From a virus, in the IMG/VR virus record IMGVR_UViG_3300017963_000254, positions 1 to 64,000 of that record: 64,000 nucleotides of DNA. One strand, written 5' to 3'. Position numbers and translations under genes: made by a program. This document shows, one piece after another, positions 25,556 to 35,100 of the stretch (its first letter is position 1; each line of letters begins with the position of its first letter). The notes under the pieces are model-generated. The model was not told the origin of the DNA and did not search any database. It was given only the letters and a program-made list of their open reading frames with translations.

Positions 25556-25912
25556 GTGAGCCAGTTCGTCGCCACCAAGCCGTTCTGCAAGCCGCCGCCC
25601 GGCGAGAATCCGAAGCTCATCATCCTCGATTCGGCCGGAACGAGCCCGGGGATGTACTGGAGCTACCGGGCCTGCCTGTTGGAGCGCGGCGACATGGTGG
25701 TCTGGCACTCCGTAGAGCACGGCGACCGTCTGGCCCGGGTGTCGAGACCTGATGGGACCGGCCCATGGGACCCTGTCCATATCCGGCTGCTGCGGCCTGT
25801 CGAGATCCCCAACGGTCGTGGCTCGGTCGATCGGCGATGGGGGTTCACGGCCGAGCAGGGCGATCTGTCTGAACCCAGTGCTGTAGATCTACTTGCGGAC
25901 CTGGGCAGGTGA
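25556..25912 (+). CDS. Hypothetical protein ending in SAVDLL motif
   Basis: C-terminal EPSAVDLLADLGR. Confidence 0.6.
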   Translation: MSQFVATKPFCKPPPGENPKLIILDSAGTSPGMYWSYRACLLERGDMVVWHSVEHGDRLARVSRPDGTGPWDPVHIRLLRPVEIPNGRGSVDRRWGFTAEQGDLSEPSAVDLLADLGR

Positions 25913-25945
25913 TCTGGTAGCCTCTAGGGAACCCTGGAGGCGCCG

Positions 25946-26836
25946 ATGACCGAGGTTACGCTCACCGAGGCCCAGCAGCAGGCCCTCGACGAGTTCAACA
26001 AGTTCCCCATCTGGGGCGAAGCGCGGATGCTCCCGATCGATTCGCTCGAGTTCACCGACTGGAACGTGAACGAGATGGGCGATGCGGAGTTCTCCGAGCT
26101 GGTCGAGGAGGTTGACAAGGGCGGCTTCGATGAGCCGCTCGGCGTCATCCCGATTCCAGGCGAGACCGACAAGTACCTCGTCCCATCCGGCGAGCACCGC
26201 GCCCGAGCTGCCATCGCGCTCGAGATGGAGTCGGTACCGGCCGTCCTGAAGATCCACCTCACCGAGAAGGAGGAGCACGAGATCCAGGAGTGGTCGGTCA
26301 AGCGGAACCACATCCGGGGCAAGGTCAACGAGCAGAAGTGGCGGAAACTGGAGAAGCGCATTACCGAGCGAACCGGCCATCGGGCCGAAATCGTGCGCCA
26401 GCGCGCTCTCCTGCGCGAGGAGATGCTGCTCCAGCTGGCGAAGGGGAGGGAGGATCGGGACTCGCGCAGGCGCTCTGCGGCCAACAAGAAGAAGGGCAGC
26501 GCTGACCAGGATCCTCCGGCCGGAGACGCCCCTCCTAGCGGTCCACCGGCCGATGGCGACAAGGCCGACGCAGACCGGGCGCGTGCCAACCTCGGTCGGG
26601 CGTTCAAGGCCGCCTGGGAGGAGGCGCTCGTGAATAGCGCCGACACAGTGGAGAATGGCTACCTCATCCTCGCCGATGGGAAGGACGAGAGGGTCCACGT
26701 GGTCGTCGACACGAGCAAGTACCTGGCGCCGCTCGTCAAGCGCATGGTGGCCGCGTGTCGCGCCAGCTCGTCGCACATCGACGAGTTCCTCGTGACCGCG
26801 CTCACGAAGGAGCTGAAGGAGTGGGAGGACAAGTGA
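25946..26836 (+). CDS. ParB/Srx-like domain protein
   Basis: WNVNEM...GFDEPL...VPSGEHRARA; GGAGG SD. Confidence 0.75.
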   Translation: MTEVTLTEAQQQALDEFNKFPIWGEARMLPIDSLEFTDWNVNEMGDAEFSELVEEVDKGGFDEPLGVIPIPGETDKYLVPSGEHRARAAIALEMESVPAVLKIHLTEKEEHEIQEWSVKRNHIRGKVNEQKWRKLEKRITERTGHRAEIVRQRALLREEMLLQLAKGREDRDSRRRSAANKKKGSADQDPPAGDAPPSGPPADGDKADADRARANLGRAFKAAWEEALVNSADTVENGYLILADGKDERVHVVVDTSKYLAPLVKRMVAACRASSSHIDEFLVTALTKELKEWEDK

Positions 26837-27720
26837 ACGATCTTGCCGAGGCCGCGATCGACGCGCATCTCTTCTTCTCGCGCTACCCCCTCGTGGAAGG
26901 GGCCGGCGAGATCGAGAAGCTGGCTGTGAAGGCCATCGCCGGTGACATGGCGGCGCTCGGCGATCTGGTGACGAAGCTCGATCGGAACCTCAAGGCTACG
27001 GCTCGCGCGCGCGGCAGAGGTGCGCTCTCGAAGGAGGATGTCGAGGACGTCGTGCAGGACGCCTTGACCAAGCTGCTTGAGCCCGGCCAGCTGGCCAAGT
27101 TCAAGGACGACCCAGGCGGCATCGTGCCATGGCTCCATCGGTCCGTGATGAACGCGACGTTCAACCTGCGGAAGCAGAAGGCGCGTCGCGGTACAGTCGG
27201 CCTATCCGTGGATGTTCCGACCGGCGGCCTGGGCGCCGTCTCCGGCCTCACGCGGAAGAAGATGTCCGCCACCAAGCGCGAGATCGTGCACGGGGCCGTC
27301 AAGCGGGCGCTCGCTGGTCATTTCACCAAGCCCGAGCAGGAGTTCATCCTCAAGCTGTTCGGCAGCGATGACGATTTCAAGATGCCAACCAAGGGCGATG
27401 CCGAAGGCGCGGCCAAGGAGATCGGCCGCAAGGGAACGAAGCGCGCGATCGAGGCGTGGTCCTCGCGCGTGAAGAAGAAGTTCCTGAAGGCGCTCTGCAC
27501 CGATCGCCAGCTCTGCGACCTGCTGCCATCCCACAGGGGCGTCACAGGCCGTGTCCGCAAGAACGTCAAATACGCCTGCCGTGGCGTGGCCGGTTCATGT
27601 GTCGAGTCCGAGATCATCGAGTTCGCGTCAGCGCTGACCGAGGACAACGGAAAACTAGATGAGGGCGCGGCTTGCGAGCTGGTGCTATCCTGGTTGAAGG
27701 AGGTGCTGGCCGAGGAATGA
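26833..27720 (+). CDS. ECF-type sigma-factor-like protein
   Basis: AIAGDMAALGDL, EDVEDVVQDALTKL, WLHRSVMNATFNLRK; GGAGG SD and GTGA overlap. Confidence 0.7.
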   Translation: MNDLAEAAIDAHLFFSRYPLVEGAGEIEKLAVKAIAGDMAALGDLVTKLDRNLKATARARGRGALSKEDVEDVVQDALTKLLEPGQLAKFKDDPGGIVPWLHRSVMNATFNLRKQKARRGTVGLSVDVPTGGLGAVSGLTRKKMSATKREIVHGAVKRALAGHFTKPEQEFILKLFGSDDDFKMPTKGDAEGAAKEIGRKGTKRAIEAWSSRVKKKFLKALCTDRQLCDLLPSHRGVTGRVRKNVKYACRGVAGSCVESEIIEFASALTEDNGKLDEGAACELVLSWLKEVLAEE

Positions 27721-28385
27721 GCAACGGGACCGGCAACAACCCGAAGCGCTCTCTGGTGACACCGACGCAGGCGGCTGCGATCGGCCGGAACAAGCGTCGC
27801 TACCGGTCGCTGATCGATAAGAGGCGGCTCGCCGTATGGGAGGCTCGTCTCGCCGGCGTGCCGGTCTATCAGCTGGCCAAGGACCACGGCGTCTCCACGA
27901 AGACGATCGAGCGGGACATCAGGTGGTGGGAGGATCGGCTCGGCTACCGAGCTGACGAGCTGAAGGATCCGAAGAACGCCGCGATCGATGTCGGCATGAC
28001 GATGGCCAAGCTCCAGAAGGTGGCCGAGGATGCCTACGTCGAGTTCCTGGGGGCCGACAACGGTCACCTCAAGGCCAAGTTCCTGATGGTGATGAACAAC
28101 GCGCTCGTCAACAGGCACAAGATCGGCGCCGACGCCGGGTTCTTGCCGAAGGTCGGTCAGGACCACGAGTGGCGAGAAGAGGTCAAGGTCACCTTCACTC
28201 AGCGGTTCGGCAAGGAGTCCCCGCAGGCCGTGTTCGATGACGACAAGAGCCGGCGCCGTGTTCTCGAGGCGACCGAGGCGATTCTCAAGGAGAGCGCCAG
28301 GTCGGGTGTTCCAGTCAAGGCCCTTCTCGAGCAGGCGTCGGCCAAGCCGGTGGAAGGCCAAGTTGTCGACACTGACGATGTGTAA
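27717..28385 (+). CDS. Probable terminase small subunit (HTH)
   Basis: YQLAKDHGVSTKTIERDI; directly upstream of terminase large subunit. Confidence 0.55.
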   Translation: MSNGTGNNPKRSLVTPTQAAAIGRNKRRYRSLIDKRRLAVWEARLAGVPVYQLAKDHGVSTKTIERDIRWWEDRLGYRADELKDPKNAAIDVGMTMAKLQKVAEDAYVEFLGADNGHLKAKFLMVMNNALVNRHKIGADAGFLPKVGQDHEWREEVKVTFTQRFGKESPQAVFDDDKSRRRVLEATEAILKESARSGVPVKALLEQASAKPVEGQVVDTDDV

Positions 28386-29908
28386 TGATCAGCTACGAGC
28401 ACGGGCGTTGGCGGTCGGTTCGGACTAATACCGAGAAGCTGAACGCCGCGCTTGAAGCCGTGCGTCAGCTGACGGTCGATGAGAGGGCCGCGTTAGGGAT
28501 CGTCCTCGGCGAGTTCGAGGACACCGGCACCAGCCAGACAGCCGACGAAGCGGCCGAGTTCGAGTGGGAGGAGACGCCTCTCCCGATCGAGGAGTGGATC
28601 CTGTCTGAGTACCACGTCGGCGAGACCGGTAAGGATCTCTACCCGATCCTACGCAAGGACATCTGCGAGCTGTTCCACGCGGGCGCACTCAAGAAGGGTG
28701 GCTACGCGGAGGCCGTGCTCTGCTTGCACCCAGACACGCGGGTGCCTCTTCTCGATGGGACTGCTCCTACGATCGCCGAGCTGGCAGAGCGCTGGCAGCG
28801 TGACTCGGTGCCGTTCTGGGTCTACTCCTACGTCAACGGAGAGCTGGGGCGGGCGCAGGCGGTCCAGCCCCGGCAGACCGGCGTGGACGACTACTACCAG
28901 GTAACCCTGGACGACGGTTCGACGTTCATCGGGAACTCCAGACACCAGATGCTCCGGCGCACTGGCGAGAAGGTGATGATCCGGGACATGCGGCCCGGCG
29001 ATTCGCTGATGCCATTCGAGGTGAAGTTCTCATCGACGAGCGCCGGCGACGATTTGGACGGCTACGAGAAAACTCAGCTTCTGTCAGGAGAGTGGGCTTA
29101 CACGCACCGACTCGTTGCCAAGGCATTGTGCGAGCAGGAAAGCGAGCGGCACAGTGTCGTTCACCATGAGGATCTGGACAAGCGCAACAACACACCAGAG
29201 AACCTCACGTGGATGAAGTGGCTCGATCACTTCAGGTTGCACCACCAGGAGCGGCGAGTAGACATCACGATTGATGCGATTCGCGCTACTGGTGCCGCGA
29301 GTCTACAGGAGGCGGCGGAGGCGCTTGAGTGTAGTTACTCACGCATTCGTTACGTGCTCCAGAAGAACGGCTACACGCAGACCGAGTTCTTCGGCAACCG
29401 GCGCGGCAGACGGCGCGGTAAAGACGACCTGACGATGGCTGCCGTGCGATTGGTGATCGAGGGTGGGGCGAGGACAGCCCGCGAAGCGGCCAAGCATCTT
29501 GATCGGGACCGCTCGACGCTTCATCGGTTCCTGCGGGCACGCGGTACCACTTGGACGAAGCTGCTGCGCGGGCACGACAAGAAGCTCACGGTGGAGCGCG
29601 TGGTTGCTGCGATCCAGTCTGGTGCCGCCACTGTTACAGCGGCGGCGCACTCACTTGGTTGTTACAAGAGCACGATCTACAAGCTGCTCAACCGCGAGGG
29701 GCTTGAGTGGGCCGAACTAGGCGGAGTGGTCGGCAATCACTTCGTCGTGAGTGTCGAGAAGATAGGAAGAGGTCCGGTCTACTGCTTGTCTGTTCCCGGC
29801 GCGGGGAACTTCGCCATCAGCACTCAACACAGCGAGGAGGAAGAGGTCAGTCCCATCCATCGCTCTGGTGTTTTTTCGTCGAACACCGGAGCCATCGGAT
29901 GGGGCTGA
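28385..29908 (+). CDS. terL: Terminase large subunit, N-terminal part with intein; stops inside Walker A
   Basis: PIEEWI...LYP...EAVL|intein|TGAIGWG*. Confidence 0.8.
   Translation: MISYEHGRWRSVRTNTEKLNAALEAVRQLTVDERAALGIVLGEFEDTGTSQTADEAAEFEWEETPLPIEEWILSEYHVGETGKDLYPILRKDICELFHAGALKKGGYAEAVLCLHPDTRVPLLDGTAPTIAELAERWQRDSVPFWVYSYVNGELGRAQAVQPRQTGVDDYYQVTLDDGSTFIGNSRHQMLRRTGEKVMIRDMRPGDSLMPFEVKFSSTSAGDDLDGYEKTQLLSGEWAYTHRLVAKALCEQESERHSVVHHEDLDKRNNTPENLTWMKWLDHFRLHHQERRVDITIDAIRATGAASLQEAAEALECSYSRIRYVLQKNGYTQTEFFGNRRGRRRGKDDLTMAAVRLVIEGGARTAREAAKHLDRDRSTLHRFLRARGTTWTKLLRGHDKKLTVERVVAAIQSGAATVTAAAHSLGCYKSTIYKLLNREGLEWAELGGVVGNHFVVSVEKIGRGPVYCLSVPGAGNFAISTQHSEEEEVSPIHRSGVFSSNTGAIGWG
28721..29884 (+). 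mobile_element. Intein TerL (388 aa) with HNH endonuclease and three HTH-like repeats
   Basis: Starts CLHPDTRV; HRLVA...VVHHEDLDKRNNTPENL; ends VYCLSV...GVFSSN|T. Confidence 0.88.
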
Positions 29909-29921
29909 CCTCGAAATTCTC

Positions 29922-31592
29922 AAGGACTACTTCGCCACCTTCGCGACGATGCGTGTGCTCTACGAGCTGCTCTGTCTGAAGAACCCTCAGCACACGTTAG
30001 GGCTGGGCGCCGGCGAGCCCATTCACGTCGTCCCCATCTCTCGCACGGTCGCTCAGGCGAAGCGCGTCGTCTTCGGCGGCCTCTGCAAGAAGCTCAACCT
30101 CGCCGACTGGTTCCGTGGCAAGTTCGTCGAGACGATGGAGGAGGTCCGCTTCAAGGAGAAGGGCGTCTACATCGTCGGCGGCGCGTCACAGGATGCAAGC
30201 GCACTCGGGTTGAACGTAATTTGTGCATTGGTTGATGAATCGAATTTCATGGGAGAAGGCAAAGTCGCTACAGGAAGCGCCAGCGGTGAGGCGTATGATA
30301 AAGCAACAATGATCTACAACGCGCTCGCCCGGCGCGTGAAATCGCGCTACGAGCGACACGGAGTCTCCGGCCTGGTGTTCCTCATCTCGTCGAAGCGCTC
30401 GACGGAGGACTTCACCGAGCGCCATCTGAAGCAGGCGATGAAGGACGACGACCCGACCGTCTTCGCCCGCGACTATGCGACATGGCACGTGCACCCCGAG
30501 CCGTTCGCGGACCAGAAGTGGCACAAGGTGATGGTGTCTCCGAAGAGCGGCAAGAGCAGGCTGCTCGAGGATGGCGAGGAAGTCGAGGAAGACGAGAACA
30601 CGATCGTCTTCGAGTATCCCGATGACTATCACGAGGAGTTCATCAACGACACGGACGGCGCGGTCCGCGACTTCGGTGGCATCGCGACCGACTTCGCCGG
30701 CAAGCTGTGGATCACCAGGCGGCAGGCGATCGACGAGATGTTCGATCACGCCAGGCCGCAGTGGTTCGGTACCTCCGAGTGGAGGACCGACAGGATGCTG
30801 CGGTTCAACTGGAAGATGTGCATGGGGGAGAACGTCGACAAGGAGCCGGTGCCGGCCTGTTGTCCTGGCTCGGTCCGCCACGTCCACATCGATCTCTCCA
30901 CGAGCCAGTGCGCGACCGGGTTCTGCATGGGGCATGTGGCCGGCTCGGTTCCGGTGACCCGGCGCGACCCGGAGACGGGCGAGCAGCGCCGCGAGGATGC
31001 GGTGGTGGTCCACATCGACTGCATCCTGCGGATCGTGGCGCCAGACGGCGGCGATGTCGATCACGGCGAGGTGCGCAGCCTGGTCTACAAGCTGATGAAG
31101 GGCGGGGTCCCGATCCGGTCGGTCTCGATGGACCAGTACCTCGCCCCGTCCAACCTCCAGATGTTCAAACGCAAGGGGTTGCGCACCGAGGAGATCGGTG
31201 AGCGGCGCTTCAAGCTCAAGCCCTACATCGCGACCCGGCAGGCGCTCTACGAGGGCCGGGTGGTGGCTCCGGTCTCCGAGAACCTGGCGTCCGAGCTGAA
31301 GGTGCTCGAGCTGCACCCGTCCGGCAAGAAGGTCATCGTCCCCGCGAAGCAGTCGAAGGATCTGGCGGACGCGCTGTGCGGCGTGGTCTACTACATCTCG
31401 GAGCACATGAGGGCCGGCGTCGTCCTCGCGCCGACTCTGGGAACGTCCGGGAGCGCACGGCCGGTCGGTCCTCAATGGAGTTCCGGCGGCCATGTCGACT
31501 GGGGCGACGATGACGATTACGGTTACGATCCTCCGCTCACGTCCGATGGCTCTGGTGATGGGGGGTTCTCGTCGTGGATCATCCTCGGCTGA
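29922..31592 (+). CDS. terL: Terminase large subunit, C-terminal part (ATPase plus RNase H-like nuclease), +1 frame
   Basis: KDYFA completes Walker A; Walker B ICALVDE; FLISS; HIDLS, SMDQY, SKDLADAL. Confidence 0.85.
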   Translation, partial: KDYFATFATMRVLYELLCLKNPQHTLGLGAGEPIHVVPISRTVAQAKRVVFGGLCKKLNLADWFRGKFVETMEEVRFKEKGVYIVGGASQDASALGLNVICALVDESNFMGEGKVATGSASGEAYDKATMIYNALARRVKSRYERHGVSGLVFLISSKRSTEDFTERHLKQAMKDDDPTVFARDYATWHVHPEPFADQKWHKVMVSPKSGKSRLLEDGEEVEEDENTIVFEYPDDYHEEFINDTDGAVRDFGGIATDFAGKLWITRRQAIDEMFDHARPQWFGTSEWRTDRMLRFNWKMCMGENVDKEPVPACCPGSVRHVHIDLSTSQCATGFCMGHVAGSVPVTRRDPETGEQRREDAVVVHIDCILRIVAPDGGDVDHGEVRSLVYKLMKGGVPIRSVSMDQYLAPSNLQMFKRKGLRTEEIGERRFKLKPYIATRQALYEGRVVAPVSENLASELKVLELHPSGKKVIVPAKQSKDLADALCGVVYYISEHMRAGVVLAPTLGTSGSARPVGPQWSSGGHVDWGDDDDYGYDPPLTSDGSGDGGFSSWIILG

Positions 31593-31864
31593 GTCGTAGG
31601 CCGCTCAAGACCTTGAGCGAGATCGCAACGACCCGCGAGCCCCACAAGGCCGACCGTCTGACCAACCGGATGCGGCGGCTCTCGGACAAGTTCGCGTCCC
31701 GCCGGTTCAACCGGGCCGGCTACAACCGGCAGGAGCGGACGAACTATCACAAGCGGATCCGCCAGTCCCAGGACAAGCGGCGGATGCACCCAGCTGACGC
31801 CTCCGGCAAGAAGCGCGTCGCGCCCGAGAAGCGCGCCGGCGCGGGCAGGCTCCGCCGTCGATGA
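31574..31864 (+). CDS. Small Arg-rich protein with RRPLKTLSE motif
   Basis: Shares RRPLKTL with two other ORFs; start uncertain. Confidence 0.55.
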   Translation: MDHPRLSRRPLKTLSEIATTREPHKADRLTNRMRRLSDKFASRRFNRAGYNRQERTNYHKRIRQSQDKRRMHPADASGKKRVAPEKRAGAGRLRRR

Positions 31865-32115
31865 GATGCCCTCGCTGCACGCACCACGGCTCGAAGGTCA
31901 CCAAGACTACGCGTCCAATCGACGAGGGCTCGTTCGAGTTCGGTAACCTGAAGAAGCGCGAGCGCAAGTGTGGTGAGTGCAACGGCCGGTTCTTCACCTA
32001 CGAGATCCACGAGGATGCGTTTCGTAGAATGCTCACCCTTACCGAGGGTAAACCTGTCCGCCGGTCGCTCCGAACGGGGGGCAAGAAGCCGAGCTATCGA
32101 GCGTCGCACCTGTAG
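31861..32115 (+). CDS. NrdR-like Zn-ribbon protein lacking ATP cone
   Basis: MRCPRC...SKV...KRERKCGECNGRFFTYE. Confidence 0.7.
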   Translation: MRCPRCTHHGSKVTKTTRPIDEGSFEFGNLKKRERKCGECNGRFFTYEIHEDAFRRMLTLTEGKPVRRSLRTGGKKPSYRASHL

Positions 32116-32122
32116 GGACAGC

Positions 32123-35100
32123 ATGAACTGGGCAACCCTGATCGAAGCCGACTGCGACAAGGACATCAAGATCAAGGATCCGACGCCGAAGCCGGAGGTC
32201 CAGGCGTCTCCGGTCATCCTGGCGCGTGTCTCGACCACGATCATCAGCCGTCGCAAGGGTCTGGACGCCCAGCTGGCAAAGATGGCCAAGAAGAAGGCCA
32301 AGGCCGGCAAGGCGAAGACTGACAAGGCCAAGCACAAGGCCGACGTCGCGGTTGCGTGCGACGAGCTGCGCGTGAAGGCGCGCGCGGCCGACCTGGAGCT
32401 GGCGCTCAACAGGTGGAAGAACCTCGAGCCGATGGCCAAGAGCAACCTGGAGAAGTACCAAGGCCAGCGCGCGAACCTGGCTGCCAAGGGCAAGGATACC
32501 TCCAAGGTCGACGAGACCATCGCGAGCATCGAGGCGTGGCTCCACTTCGGCGGCAAGCAGTCCGGCGCCGGCCAGGAGCACCTTGGCGGCTACAGCGATG
32601 AGAACTTCAAGCCCCCGCCGCTGGACAACGTCTCCTACGACTTCGGCAAGAACAAGGTGTTCGGGCCGAGCGGCGAGGAGTTCGATGTCGTCGCGCACGT
32701 CGCGGCCGAGAAGGAGAAGGCGGCGACCGCTACGGCAACGGCCGTGCTCGAGCCGCCGCCAGAGCCCAAGCCGGCGGAGCCGGTGGCGAAATCGGTGGAT
32801 GCCCTGACGGCCTCCGAGCTGGCCGCGCTCAAGACCGATCTCAAGGCCGCCTACCTTGATGGTGTGAGCAAGGGAACCCTCAACCCGTTGCCGCACGATG
32901 TGTTCAAGAAGGCCGGTGTCGCTACACCCGTGGTCGGCTGGATGCTTCCGTCATCGAGCGAGACCGCCTCCAATCAGCTATGGACGTCCATCAAGGACGA
33001 GGTCGCGGTTTCCTCGCTCGACGATCTCGATATGGAGGAGGCGACGAAGCTGGTCTCGACGGCAATGAAGATCGTGTCGGACCAGATGAAGCTGGACGTG
33101 GCGGCCAGTAGCGCTTTCAAGAAGGTCACCGCCGTCAAGGCCATGCGGACCGCCAGCGCTGGCGTGATCGGCAAAGTTCTCGGCCTGAAGCCAGCGCTGG
33201 CGTTCATCGATCAGGCGCGTGACAAGTGGTACTCGGTACCGAAGCCGCTGCACGCCTACACGCCGAGCAAGCAATCTCAGATCAAAGGCATCGCGAAGTC
33301 GCTGGCGATTGAGTCCGCGTTTGCCGATCTCGGTCACGGGCCACTGGCGAGCAAGATAAAGGACAAGGCATCTACGGAGGGGCTGGGTCTATCGGCGGTA
33401 GCGGCTAGTGAGCTATCCATGGACGCTGTGGTGTCCTACACCAACCTCGGCCTCGAGCAGCTCAACGCGGATCAGAAACAGGCCGTGATGGCGGTAGCCA
33501 AGAAGGCCGTCGACTCCGGCAAGAGCGTTCACGATGCGCTCAAGGCTGCCGGGATCGTCCACCTCAACAAGTCCGGGATGAAGCAGCTCCAGGACGAGGT
33601 GGGAGCGAAGCCTGACGAGGCCGGCTTCCTGAAGGAGATCGAGGACGCGCTGGATTCGATCGCGCCGGGCGATGTGATTCCGCTCGAGCCGGCCGCCATC
33701 ATCTCGCACATCGACCAGTTCTGGGGGATGCCGTTCATCGGGTTGATGAGCAAGTACCACATCGAGAAGGTCAAGGGCACGAAGCTCGAGAACGACGTGA
33801 AGGCCAAGGCTCTCTACGTCGTGCTCAAGCGGTGGAATCCCGAGAAGCTCATCCAGTTCGTTCACGACGAGTGGGACTTCGCGTTTGGCGATAAGGAGAC
33901 CGCGCCTGGCGAGGGGTACGCGCTTCACTACGTGGATGGCGTCTTCACCATGAACACTCCATCCGTCGTCAAGCTCGGCGGATGGCCGGAGGCGATCAAA
34001 GAGATCACGAAGAAGCACCATCAGGAGTGGTTGGCCGAGAAAGCCTGGCCGCCGTGGAGCGCGAAGTGGGACAAGGATCACCCCACGGCTCCTACCCAGG
34101 ATGACATCGACAACTTCGCCGATTGGGTCATCGCAGACCCGGAGTTCATACCGCCCGGTGTTATTCCCAGTGGTAGCGCACTGCACAACGCGGTGATCAA
34201 GTGGGCCGAGGATCATCTTGGTGGTGACATGGGTCCCATCACGGATGCGATCCACAAGAAGTCTGAGACTGCGCCGATCGATATTAGCTCGGATGAGGAA
34301 CTTGGCGCGGCCAGCATCTCGATCAACGCGACGGAGACCGGCGACACCGAGCCGAAGCCGTTGCCGCAGAAGCCCGCACTACCGACCGTCTCGGGCAAGA
34401 CGAAGGTCACGAAGATCTCCAAGCCGCACCACCTGACCGGCGAGCAGAAGAAGCTCCTCGACGGATTGGTATCGGTGGCCATCGGCGGAGGTCTGCCGTT
34501 CACGAAGACCGGCGCGCTCAAGACCCAGCTGGGCTCAGTTGCCGGCGGCATCGCCAAGCAGTTCAAGGATGCCCATCTTGCGGCCGGCACCAAGCTCACG
34601 ATCGGCAAGCCGCTCGTGCAGGCGGCGCTCGAGAAGGCGCTTGTCGGGATCAAGCACTCCGACTGGCTGGCATATGAGACCTACAAGGCGCTGTCGGCCG
34701 AGGTCATCTCGAGTGCGCTGACCAATTCTCAGCTCGCGGCCCTCGGAGATCTGGTCAACGAGTGCTTCACCCATGAGACCTATCAGAAGAAGGAGGGTGG
34801 CGGCTACTACGGCGGTCCGTTCAAGAACAAGAAGCAGAAGCAGCTCTTCAACGAGCTGATCTCCAAGTGCGAGGCGGTCGCGGCGGCCCCGACTGTGCCG
34901 GAGCAGGTGACAGGGCCGGCCGGAGCCGCCTACGGCGGGTCGATGTCCGTGGCCGAGCTGTTCGGCATGAGCAAGCCGGACTTGGACGAGTTCGCCAGCC
35001 TGGGGCTGGTCTCCGGGATGACGACGGCTCCTCCGATCGACAGCTCGTGGACCAGCTCGAGTAGTGATCTCGATGACAGCGGCGGTTCCCAGGGGAGCAC

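Noticed and set aside
29906-29921. Group I/II or bulge-helix-bulge intron as explanation of the terminase gap
   Set aside because: Too short for a ribozyme; lacks terminal G and GUGYG...AY ends; I could not build a BHB pairing
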